Source of the DNA: Candidatus Nomurabacteria bacterium
GTDB lineage: Bacteria > Patescibacteriota > Minisyncoccia > Phycocordibacterales > UBA9973
Direction of reading: 5' to 3'
Length of the DNA stretch: 43,194 nt
Assembly: GCA_903862255.1 (NCBI GenBank)
Contig: CAIOXK010000020.1
Location: 1-43,194 of the forward strand
The notes below the pieces were generated by a model that worked only from the letters and a program-made list of their open reading frames with translations, ran no database searches and was not told where the DNA came from. Shown here piece after piece: positions 28,666 through 37,310 of this stretch. Within the stretch, counting starts at the first letter, position 1; every line of letters starts with the position of its first letter. A program made the translations under genes and the position numbers.

Positions 28666-30475
28666 GGCATTTAGATTTATCGCATCACAACAACAAGCAG
28701 ATGGCTGTTTTTTAAGCGACTTAAATAAAAACACAACGTTTTATACTAGCTTAATACTTGCCACTAATATACATACTAAAAATGAAGACTGGTGCGTAGT
28801 TCAAAAATGTGCAGCTGATTTTGTCCTAAGTCAATGTTCCGAACTGCAAACAATTAATTACTGGGCCCGTAACAGTAATGAATATATAACTAACCCTTAT
28901 CCAGACGATATTGATGACACATTTGTTGCAATGCAGGGGTTATACAATTACGATGCATCTTTGATTACAGAAAAACGATTAGCTATGCTTATTTCACTTT
29001 TGCTGCGGCAAGAAGTTGTCGCTGGAGGACCCTATAAGACATGGATTACGTCATCACCTTCTCCTGAATGGCAAGATGTTGATGTTGTCGCCAATAGTAA
29101 TGTGGCAAGTTTTTTATCCTTACTCAATATAAACCTCCCACCATTACAAAAATATTTCGAAGGACAAATCATTAATAAAACAATGTCAAAATATTATGAC
29201 AATGAAATAGTACGGCTATACTTTATCGCCCAAGCCATAACAAATAAAGATGCGGTTATCGAAAAAATACTATTATTACAAAGCTGTGATGGTACATGGG
29301 ATACCCCTCTTCACACAGCTTTGGCCGTCAGTGCTCTTATTCGATTTAATAAAAATAATTTAAATCTTTTGCCAGCTATTCATTTTTTACTAAATACTGC
29401 TAAAAATGGCCAATGGTCAGCAACAAATCTTTATATAGAAACAATAGGCGCTACAGGGTCAACGTATAGTAGTTGTAATGCCTATATAAGCGTATGTTGT
29501 GTTGCAGCACTATCTTTGTATATAAATATGAAGGATTATAATGGCATAACTGTTGATAGAGCTGAAGTAATTTTTATTAAAAATGTTAAAGAGCATTGCT
29601 TATTAATCACAGATAATGATTTATTATCGAATCAACTGCAGTACGCACTCTCACTGTTAGCTATTAAAGACCCCCAACATGAAATACAGTTGTTATCATA
29701 TAAATTTTACCAATCATTGTTCGATAAAAAATCTGTGCCACATGAATTACCCTTACAGTTAGCTATTGCTAACACTCTAGGATGGATTGGCTATAGTATT
29801 TATGATCGAATTTTAGATAGAGAAAACTGTATAGTGCAATTGCCCTTGGCAAATGTTTGCATTGAAGCAATGACAGATATATTTCACTCAGTACTATCAA
29901 TAGAAGAATATACTATATTCAAAAGAATTATTAGTGGCATTAATGAGGCAACACTGTGGGAACATACTAACTGCACTATTATATCCGATGTATTACCAGA
30001 AACACCGCCTGATTATAATGACCTTATCGTTCTGGCCAAAAAGTCTCTTGGACACGCATTAGGCCCAATACTTATTTGCTGTAAACTAGGTGAACTTAAG
30101 CAAGCACAATTAGTTGAAGAATTTTTCATTCATTATTTAATAGCAAAACAATTAAACGACGATGCACACGATTGGGTAGAAGATTTAAGCAACGGCTTTA
30201 TTAATAGTGTGAGTACAAGAATAATCAATTATTGTAAAACTTATAATATTGAGCAGTTACAAGAATATTTTTGGAACTATCATATCGATGAAGTAGTTAC
30301 AACTATTTTTCACAACATAACTCTTGCCCGCAACATACTAAAAAAGGTTACAGCCATTGCTGACGTAACCTATTTAGATTCATTACTCACACCGCTTGAG
30401 CAATCTTCCCTTCAAGCGAAGGAAGAGCGCAATAAGACTAAGCAATTTTTACATGAATTTCAAAAAATTAATTAG
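28595..30475 (+). CDS. Fusion protein: N-terminal class II terpene-cyclase-like alpha/alpha-toroid domain plus C-terminal class I isoprenoid-synthase-like (squalene/phytoene-synthase-like) domain
   Basis: 626 aa. N-terminal half: DDIDDT-FVAMQGL at nt 28904-28921 (compare SHC DVDDTAVVVWAL), a QW-like QSCDGTW at nt 29279-29299, and further Q-x-x-DG repeats (QQADGCF, KNGQW). C-terminal half: YDRILD (DxxxD) at nt 29804-29818, and 118 aa later AKQLNDDAHDWVEDLSNG at nt 30158-30184 (compare AFQLTNILRDVxEDxxRG of squalene/phytoene synthases). The only ATG start overlaps the kinase gene by 71 nt; GTG at 28628 is an alternative. Confidence 0.55.
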   Translation: MAQYLQLHYQFVSITKQIHQTINEAFRFIASQQQADGCFLSDLNKNTTFYTSLILATNIHTKNEDWCVVQKCAADFVLSQCSELQTINYWARNSNEYITNPYPDDIDDTFVAMQGLYNYDASLITEKRLAMLISLLLRQEVVAGGPYKTWITSSPSPEWQDVDVVANSNVASFLSLLNINLPPLQKYFEGQIINKTMSKYYDNEIVRLYFIAQAITNKDAVIEKILLLQSCDGTWDTPLHTALAVSALIRFNKNNLNLLPAIHFLLNTAKNGQWSATNLYIETIGATGSTYSSCNAYISVCCVAALSLYINMKDYNGITVDRAEVIFIKNVKEHCLLITDNDLLSNQLQYALSLLAIKDPQHEIQLLSYKFYQSLFDKKSVPHELPLQLAIANTLGWIGYSIYDRILDRENCIVQLPLANVCIEAMTDIFHSVLSIEEYTIFKRIISGINEATLWEHTNCTIISDVLPETPPDYNDLIVLAKKSLGHALGPILICCKLGELKQAQLVEEFFIHYLIAKQLNDDAHDWVEDLSNGFINSVSTRIINYCKTYNIEQLQEYFWNYHIDEVVTTIFHNITLARNILKKVTAIADVTYLDSLLTPLEQSSLQAKEERNKTKQFLHEFQKIN

Positions 30476-30710
30476 TGGTAGTATTTTGGGTTGTAGTAGT
30501 AGTTTGCTGATATGTTGTAACTGGTGTAGTGGTGTAAGTCGTCGTATGAGTTTCTACTGGTACAGTTGTACGAATAACTGGTGCTGTTCTCTCAACTGTT
30601 GTTGGGTAATACATCTGGTACACACTGTGCGGAAGAAAATAAACTGCCAAAATTACGGCTAGGATAATAATCATTACTATAATGAGCGCTCTGTTTGTAT
30701 GATCATTCAT
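30468..30710 (-). CDS. Small single-TM protein with an extreme Thr-rich tail (80 aa)
   Basis: MNDHTNRALIIVMIIILAVILAVYF is followed by a tail with T-runs (THTTTYTTTPVTTYQQTTTTTQNTTTN). Its 3' end overlaps the convergent 626-aa gene by 8 nt. Confidence 0.5.
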   Translation of the reverse strand: MNDHTNRALIIVMIIILAVILAVYFLPHSVYQMYYPTTVERTAPVIRTTVPVETHTTTYTTTPVTTYQQTTTTTQNTTTN

Positions 30711-30778
30711 ATAATTCAGTAAAGCATATTTTCTCCTTTTCGTATATACTTTACTGATAATAGCTAATATATACCTAT

Positions 30779-30967
30779 ATGAATAATGACGAAATTAACA
30801 CAAATACGGAATACATTTCAGAAGATGAGTTAAATCAAATTGTGGGCAAAGACGGCGAAGCGATAGACTTAATTGAGCAAGTGCAAGAAGAGGACGCAAA
30901 AAATGCTCTTAAGGCCGGCATTATCGGTGACGATGATAATCAGCAAGATGAAATACTCGATAAATAA
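30779..30967 (+). CDS. Small highly acidic protein (62 aa)
   Basis: ATG ORF with TAATAT 8 nt upstream, rich in D/E. It overlaps the start of the YihY gene by 20 nt. Confidence 0.45.
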   Translation: MNNDEINTNTEYISEDELNQIVGKDGEAIDLIEQVQEEDAKNALKAGIIGDDDNQQDEILDK

Positions 30968-31838
30968 TATTGCTGTATTCGTCACTGAGACGTTTACTCA
31001 TTGGCAGGAAAAACGGGCTTCACGTATGGGTGCAGCTATCTCATACTATGCAATTTTTTCAATTGCACCGCTATTCATACTAATTACTACTATGGTACGA
31101 GCTATCTTTGATAGTCATACGACGACTCTGGCTATTGCTCGTGCGTTAAACATAACTATCGGTAGCAATCTAGCGGCGGTAATACAAGGCTTAATAAATA
31201 AAAGCTATATTACTAATGCTGGAGTAATAGCAACAATTATTGGGGGGCTTATACTTATCGTAGCAGCACTAAGTGTGCTTGCAGAATTAAATAATGATTT
31301 GGATGAATTATGGCAATTACCAGAAGGCCGCGCTCCGTTAAAAAACACCCCGACACAGACAGTGGTGCACTTTATTCGTGAACGATTTATTTCGCTATTT
31401 CTGATCCTTATCTGCGGTATATTATTGTTATTTTCTGTAGCATTTACAGTTTTGTTATCATTTTTCCATGGCACAACATTACTATTACTACACAACAGTT
31501 TCTTGACCGGAGGGGCGAATAGTATTGCAACACTAATTATAACAACAGTACTATTCAGTTTGGTTTACAAGATATTACCCGATACAAAATTACCAACTAA
31601 GGAACTATTTTGGGGAGCATTTGGTACTGCGCTTCTTTTCTTGATCGGTAAGTTTCTAATTTCTTGGTATATTTCTGCGTATGGCGGCATTGATGAATAT
31701 GGTGCAGCAGGGTCAATTGTGGGATTATTATTATGGATTTATTATTCCGCTCAGGTATTTTTTATTGGAGCATCAGGAACGTTTGTTTATTCAAAAAAAT
31801 ATGGATACCTTGCAAGGAATAAGCTTATTGTAGATTGA
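30948..31838 (+). CDS. YihY/BrkB (virulence factor BrkB / ribonuclease-BN-like) family membrane protein
   Basis: RMGAAISYYAIFSIAPLF is the family signature, with about 6 TM helices. I place the start at ATG 30948 (MKYSINN...) rather than the track start 30873, which lies inside the acidic ORF. Confidence 0.85.
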   Translation: MKYSINNIAVFVTETFTHWQEKRASRMGAAISYYAIFSIAPLFILITTMVRAIFDSHTTTLAIARALNITIGSNLAAVIQGLINKSYITNAGVIATIIGGLILIVAALSVLAELNNDLDELWQLPEGRAPLKNTPTQTVVHFIRERFISLFLILICGILLLFSVAFTVLLSFFHGTTLLLLHNSFLTGGANSIATLIITTVLFSLVYKILPDTKLPTKELFWGAFGTALLFLIGKFLISWYISAYGGIDEYGAAGSIVGLLLWIYYSAQVFFIGASGTFVYSKKYGYLARNKLIVD

Positions 31839-31847
31839 TTCAATAAT

Positions 31848-31878
31848 AAAAACCCTCGTTATAGCGACGAGGGTTTTT
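31848..31878. terminator. Bidirectional rho-independent terminator between YihY (+) and the ABC exporter (-)
   Basis: AAAAACCCTCGT tatagcg ACGAGGGTTTTT. Confidence 0.85.
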
Positions 31879-31880
31879 AT

Positions 31881-33635
31881 TTAACTAGTTCTTTTTGCAC
31901 TCATCAGCATATCAACTGCGCGATCAAGCGATCCAGCAGGAGTAACCGACCCGCCGTTTACAAAAAATATTTCATCTGCATTTTGAATTGTATTGAGACG
32001 GTGTGCGATTATTACCTTAGTGGTCTGTTGTGGTAATTTTTCTATTACTAGTTCGAGCAATGCTTCGGTCACAGTATCAATGTTTGCAGTTGCTTCATCA
32101 AGTATAATAAGATCAGGTTTACGCAGTACAGCGCGCATAAATGCAATGAGTTGTCGCTGGCCAAGACTAATACTCTCACCATTTTGTGACACAGGAGTAT
32201 CCAGACCATTTTCAAATTGCTTCATTAAATCGTCTAGTTCATTATTTTTTAACACCAATGCTAACTCACTGGCAGAGGCGTCCTTGTACAATTCATTGGC
32301 ATAAAAAATATTTTCGCCAACCGTTCCTGTGAATAAGAACGGCTCTTGCAAAATAAAACCTATTTTTTGTGCTCGCTCTATGGTACTAAGTGTACGAATA
32401 TCACGCCCTTCAAATAAGATAATACCGTTTGTTGGGTCATAAAGACGCGCCATCAATGAAGCGGTAGTGGTCTTACCGCCACCGGTCGGACCTACGAGGG
32501 CATATGTTTGACCCGGTTGTAATGAAATAGAAACATCACGTAATACTTCTTTGCCCTCAGCATAAGTAAAGCCAACATTTTGGAATGACAAGCGTGTACT
32601 AACAGGTGCTGTAGTAGCAGATTCAATAATAAGTGGCATATCATTTTCTAATTGCACAATTGCTGAGATACGATCCCAACTTGCCATTGCTGTTTGAAAT
32701 GTTGCCCATAATGATGCCATCTGACGCAATGGGTCATACAAACGACTGGTATATGTGAGATAACTAATCAAAAAACCAATAGTGAAATGACCCAACAAAA
32801 TAAGGTGAATACCATACAGTAATACAATAAGTTGAGCGGCACTTGCTGCAAACCCATAAATCGCTACAAAAACATTATTAGCGATACCGGCCTGAATTGA
32901 CGTAATAAAGTTTTTATAATTAGCTTCTTCAAACTTTTGGCGGAAGTAATCGCGGCGATTAAATGCAACAATGGCCTTGAAATTGCCTAAACTTTCTTGA
33001 ATTTCTGCACTCATACCACCAACTTCTTGCAAACTTTTTGCATTGCGACTTTTTACCCATGGTGACAATGCTTGAGTGATAAGCAATACAATTACTAACG
33101 GAATAATAGCGGCAAGTCCAACACGCCAATCAATAGCAATGATAAATATTGTAGCACCTACCATTACTACAACATTACCAACAAACTGCATTAAGGATTG
33201 TGAGAAGAATGAGTTAAGGTTATCTGTATCACTATTTATACGTGAAATTAAATCCCCGGCTTTATTTTGGTTGAAAAATGCTATAGGTAATACTTGTAAC
33301 TTATCAAAAATTGTATTACGGAGTGTGAAGAGTAAGCGCTGCCCTACACCGCCCATAGTTTTTGATTGTACATAGTTCGCAATAACGGCGCCTATATATA
33401 AAAGCAATACTAATCCACTATAGTGAACAAGACCATTGTATTGTTTCGGCAGTATGTATGTATTAATAGCATGCCCAATCATGAGCGGAGCAAGGAGTAA
33501 TAATCCGGAGTTAACAATAATCGCTACGAAAGAAATTATCAGTTGTATGCGCTCACCGTCGAGATATGGCAAAAGCTTTTTCAGGGCAGAAAATGCTGAT
33601 GTCTTTTCTTTATTTATACTAAGCTTGTAATTCAT
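31881..33635 (-). CDS. ABC exporter, fused permease-ATPase (MdlB/MsbA-like half transporter), subunit 2
   Basis: 584 aa with 6 N-terminal TM helices, Walker A GPTGGGKTT, signature LSLGQRQ and Walker B LIILDEATA. It overlaps the upstream partner by 17 nt. Confidence 0.92.
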   Translation of the reverse strand: MNYKLSINKEKTSAFSALKKLLPYLDGERIQLIISFVAIIVNSGLLLLAPLMIGHAINTYILPKQYNGLVHYSGLVLLLYIGAVIANYVQSKTMGGVGQRLLFTLRNTIFDKLQVLPIAFFNQNKAGDLISRINSDTDNLNSFFSQSLMQFVGNVVVMVGATIFIIAIDWRVGLAAIIPLVIVLLITQALSPWVKSRNAKSLQEVGGMSAEIQESLGNFKAIVAFNRRDYFRQKFEEANYKNFITSIQAGIANNVFVAIYGFAASAAQLIVLLYGIHLILLGHFTIGFLISYLTYTSRLYDPLRQMASLWATFQTAMASWDRISAIVQLENDMPLIIESATTAPVSTRLSFQNVGFTYAEGKEVLRDVSISLQPGQTYALVGPTGGGKTTTASLMARLYDPTNGIILFEGRDIRTLSTIERAQKIGFILQEPFLFTGTVGENIFYANELYKDASASELALVLKNNELDDLMKQFENGLDTPVSQNGESISLGQRQLIAFMRAVLRKPDLIILDEATANIDTVTEALLELVIEKLPQQTTKVIIAHRLNTIQNADEIFFVNGGSVTPAGSLDRAVDMLMSAKRTS

Positions 33636-35361
33636 AATGTTCAGTACTTTGCTGTGATTGATAAATTTGCATGTATTCGTGAGAGCTTTTTAGTAATTCA
33701 CTGTGCGTGCCCTGAGCCAATAATTCTCCTTCCATGATGAGAATTATATTATCGTATGTTTCGATTGAAGAAATCTTTTGAGTAATTGAAATTAATGTTA
33801 ATTCGGGATAGCTCTTTTTTACATTAGCTAAAATACTTTGTTCCGTACGAGTATCCACACGAGCAGTAAAATCATCTAAAAACAATATACGTGGATTTAA
33901 TGCTAATGCACGAGCCAGTGTTATCCGTTGCTTTTGACCACCTGAAAGATTTGTACCGCGCTCTGAAATAATTTCCGCTAAACCGTTTGGTAGTGAAGTA
34001 ATAAGATCATCAAGCTCTGCTGTATCAAGTGCTTTTTGCAGTGACGCATCGGTAACAGTAGTACTGAATGCAATATTTTCTTTCACTGAAGTATTAAAAA
34101 TAACACTATCTTGAAATACAAATCCAATTTGTTCATGCAATGAATGTTGATCATACTGATCAAGAGAAAGTCCATCGTAGTGAACTGTTCCCTGCGTTGG
34201 CTTTAGTAAGCCAGTCATAATATAAAGCAACTGAGTCTTACCTGCTGCTGTCGGCCCAATAATAGCGTTCTTGGTACCTGGTTTAATGGTAAATGAAATA
34301 TTTTTTAGTGCTTCTTTTTCACCAAATTTCATTGTCACTTCTTTAACCTCAATTTCTCCAGATAATATTGTGTCCACTGTTCCTAATTCTGGATGTAAAG
34401 GTGCCTCAAGCACTGTGTATATACGTTGATATGAAGCACTTGCACGAGCAATAACAGTACTCATGAAGCCAATAATCATAATTGGAAAAATCAAAATAGC
34501 GATGTAACTATTGAAGGCAGTGAAATCTCCAATAGTCATACCTCCTATAATTACAGCACGACCTCCAAATAGTAAGACTACCACTACTGCGGTATTGGCG
34601 ATAAAAACAATAGTCGGAATTAGTGCCGCGAAAAACGATAGGATTTTTAATCCATTATTTTTTGCATCAGTATTTACCTCTGTGAATTTTTGATACTCGA
34701 ATGCCTGTGAATTTAATACACGAATCAACGCTGCACCAAGAATACTCTCATTAATAACCTTATTAAGCCTATCAATAATTGTTTGTACCTTGAAAAATAA
34801 TGGGCGGACCTTACCTAATACAAAAAAGAATGCACCTCCAATTAAAGGAATGATTGCGAGTACTCCTAAAGCTAAGCGCCAATTGATGGTGATTAATAAA
34901 ATTGTTACACCGACAATAATAAAAATTGAAGATACTATCGAAACAATTGCCTGAGCAACGAATACCTTAATGGCATCAATATCAGAAGTCAGGTTGGTTA
35001 ATAGTACTGAGGGGTTTGTTTCTTGAATATATGAAAAATTTTGTAAAGATATTTTACTCATTACAGTGTTACGCAAATCTCTTGCTACGCGTTCGGAGGC
35101 ATAGGTCTGCATCACGCTTTGTATATACGTAAAAATAAAAATACCAATTGCTGCAACAGTAAAAAGCACCAGCGTTTGATGCGTTTGAAGCGTACCGTTT
35201 ATAAAGTGATCAATAGAAGATGCAACAAGTTTTGGAATAAAAATTGTAATAGCATTACTTGCTAAAGTAATAAGTATTAATAGAAAAATTAACCCTTTAT
35301 ACGGTACTAGGAGTGAGAATATGTTTGATTTACTATCTTTCATGCCCAAGTGCAATTGCAA
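33619..35361 (-). CDS. ABC exporter, fused permease-ATPase half transporter, subunit 1
   Basis: 580 aa with Walker A GPTAAGKTQ, signature LSGGQKQR and a degenerate Walker B region (ILFLDDFTA). This suggests a heterodimer with one non-canonical site. The start could be the internal M at 35343. Confidence 0.9.
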   Translation of the reverse strand: MQLHLGMKDSKSNIFSLLVPYKGLIFLLILITLASNAITIFIPKLVASSIDHFINGTLQTHQTLVLFTVAAIGIFIFTYIQSVMQTYASERVARDLRNTVMSKISLQNFSYIQETNPSVLLTNLTSDIDAIKVFVAQAIVSIVSSIFIIVGVTILLITINWRLALGVLAIIPLIGGAFFFVLGKVRPLFFKVQTIIDRLNKVINESILGAALIRVLNSQAFEYQKFTEVNTDAKNNGLKILSFFAALIPTIVFIANTAVVVVLLFGGRAVIIGGMTIGDFTAFNSYIAILIFPIMIIGFMSTVIARASASYQRIYTVLEAPLHPELGTVDTILSGEIEVKEVTMKFGEKEALKNISFTIKPGTKNAIIGPTAAGKTQLLYIMTGLLKPTQGTVHYDGLSLDQYDQHSLHEQIGFVFQDSVIFNTSVKENIAFSTTVTDASLQKALDTAELDDLITSLPNGLAEIISERGTNLSGGQKQRITLARALALNPRILFLDDFTARVDTRTEQSILANVKKSYPELTLISITQKISSIETYDNIILIMEGELLAQGTHSELLKSSHEYMQIYQSQQSTEHYELQA

Positions 35362-36466
35362 TTGCCTCTGTTGCGATTAAGCGACCAGCATCGGCTTTAT
35401 AAAAACGCTTGGCATGCTCAGCCATAGCAGTGTATTGATCCCTATTTTTTAACAAAAGGTCAATTTCACTTTTTAATACAGAAGGAGTGAGATTGGCCTG
35501 CTCGATTACAACACAAGCACCTGTTCGAGCATAATGGTATGCATTTTTGCGTTGGTGATCACCATGAGAATTTGTTACAGGAATCGGTATAATAATTGAA
35601 GGTTTACCCCAAGCAGCAATTTCATATAATGATGAGCCGGCACGAGAAATAATAATATCAGATGCTCCGCCAAACATTTTTGTCTGTAACTCATTCAAAT
35701 AAGGAAAGGCTTTGTATCGTGAGCGCTTCGTATCATTACTGAGTAATACCACAGCATCAGCAACTGTTTCTTCGTAGTTTTTTTGCCCAGTTTGATGAAT
35801 AATTTGGTAGTCTTTTACGAGTTCAACAACAAGTGAAGTGATAGTATCATTAATAATCTTTGCTCCTTGTGACCCGCCAATCACACCAATAACTGGTAGT
35901 CCTGGGTCCAGTTCAAAAAATTCTTTAGACCCTTCGCTTGCCGCAAAGGCAATCGCCTTGCGAACCGGCTGCCCAGTAATGGCAATTTTCTTTTCATCAA
36001 AATATTCTGCTGCCTCTGGGTATGATAGTGCAATTCGTCGAGCAAATTTACCTGACCAAATATTCACACGTCCTGGGACAGTATCTGATTCGTGAATTAT
36101 TACAGGAATGCGTAAGATACGGGCCCCAACCAATACAGGAAAGGCAGCGTACCCTCCCTTGCTGATAATTACATCTGGATATAAGTTAAACAGTTTAAAT
36201 AAAGCACCCACAGTGCCAAAAGCAGTCTTAAACATATCTAAGATATTTTGTAGAGAAAAATATACGCGCAACTTACCAGCGGTAATGGGGATATATGTAA
36301 TAAATTGCTCGTCTAATTCTTTTTGGTCATATGGCGAATCAGCCATATAGTATAGCTTGAAGTTAGCAATTTTTTCTTCATCTGCGATTCGATTAAGCTC
36401 TTCTGCAATCGCAATTAAAGGATAATAATGCCCACCTGATCCTCCTCCTATCAACAAAATTTTCAT
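35333..36466 (-). CDS. murG: Undecaprenyldiphospho-muramoylpentapeptide beta-N-acetylglucosaminyltransferase
   Basis: MKILLIGGGSGGHYYPLIAIAEEL is the MurG G-loop. I place the start at ATG 36464-36466; the track N-terminal extension to 36568 is not MurG-like. Confidence 0.9.
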   Translation of the reverse strand: MKILLIGGGSGGHYYPLIAIAEELNRIADEEKIANFKLYYMADSPYDQKELDEQFITYIPITAGKLRVYFSLQNILDMFKTAFGTVGALFKLFNLYPDVIISKGGYAAFPVLVGARILRIPVIIHESDTVPGRVNIWSGKFARRIALSYPEAAEYFDEKKIAITGQPVRKAIAFAASEGSKEFFELDPGLPVIGVIGGSQGAKIINDTITSLVVELVKDYQIIHQTGQKNYEETVADAVVLLSNDTKRSRYKAFPYLNELQTKMFGGASDIIISRAGSSLYEIAAWGKPSIIIPIPVTNSHGDHQRKNAYHYARTGACVVIEQANLTPSVLKSEIDLLLKNRDQYTAMAEHAKRFYKADAGRLIATEAIAIALGHER

Positions 36467-36582
36467 AAGTGACTCTATTGTATCGATTTTATATGTATAT
36501 AACAATACGCATTGACTTTTTCTCATTTTGTTATATTGTATATTAAGCTCATTTGAACTTTGAAACAATTAAATATAAGAAA

Positions 36583-37272
36583 ATGAAAAAAATAATGATG
36601 TTTGTTGCAGTATTGTTCACAGTACCTACAATTCAAGCCCAAAATATTACAACGTCGTTTACAACAAATGGTATTGCCCCAATTCCCTCTTTTACATTAG
36701 GAGAAGCGGCGACTACCACTGTAATAACGGCGGATATAAATAAGTACATCGCCATACAACCGGACTTTGCTTTTTCCTTAAGAACTGGCAAGCCCTGGTA
36801 CAGCGATGTTTTTATTTTCTACAAAATCAAGATTGATTCAACAAATCGTTTGAAGGTTGGTTTTGACTACTCCTTATTTTTCCAAAAATATGGAAACGTG
36901 ACCCAAACAGTCGTTTACCCGACATTTGAAGCCAACATTGAACACAGTGTTGATAAGGACAATAAGATAATCGGGGATATGTGGTATATGTATTCAGTGC
37001 CAAGTAAGTATGGTACAAAAGGAACTTATGTAAGTATTGCATATCAGCGTAATGTTGATTACAAAAACTTTTCAGTACGCATTACTCCTAACTTATTTTA
37101 TTTAAACTTTTTTGATGATAGTAAGGGCCTTATGGGCTCTGTCGACGTATCGATCAACCACAAAAAGACCGGATTATTTATTGGTATTCAATCTGTAGTT
37201 CCGGTGACAGTATCAAATGTCTATAATATATCCAAAGGGCTATATATCGGCATTTCTAAAAAATTATATTAA
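36583..37272 (+). CDS. Secreted beta-strand-rich protein (229 aa) with a cleavable-looking signal peptide; porin or beta-barrel-like character
   Basis: MKKIMMFVAVLFTVPTIQAQ signal peptide with no other hydrophobic helix. Short amphipathic strand-like segments alternate along the protein, which ends in an aromatic residue (ISKKLY). It lies on the opposite strand, between ftsW and murG. I place the start at ATG 36583 (the track gives TTG 36553). Confidence 0.55.
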   Translation: MKKIMMFVAVLFTVPTIQAQNITTSFTTNGIAPIPSFTLGEAATTTVITADINKYIAIQPDFAFSLRTGKPWYSDVFIFYKIKIDSTNRLKVGFDYSLFFQKYGNVTQTVVYPTFEANIEHSVDKDNKIIGDMWYMYSVPSKYGTKGTYVSIAYQRNVDYKNFSVRITPNLFYLNFFDDSKGLMGSVDVSINHKKTGLFIGIQSVVPVTVSNVYNISKGLYIGISKKLY

Positions 37273-37280
37273 TCACATGA

Positions 37281-37309
37281 AAAAGCTCCTTATCGTATAA
37301 GGAGCTTTT
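37281..37309. terminator. Bidirectional rho-independent terminator between the beta-rich ORF (+) and ftsW (-)
   Basis: AAAAGCTCCTTA tcgta TAAGGAGCTTTT. Confidence 0.85.
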
Positions 37310-37310
37310 A

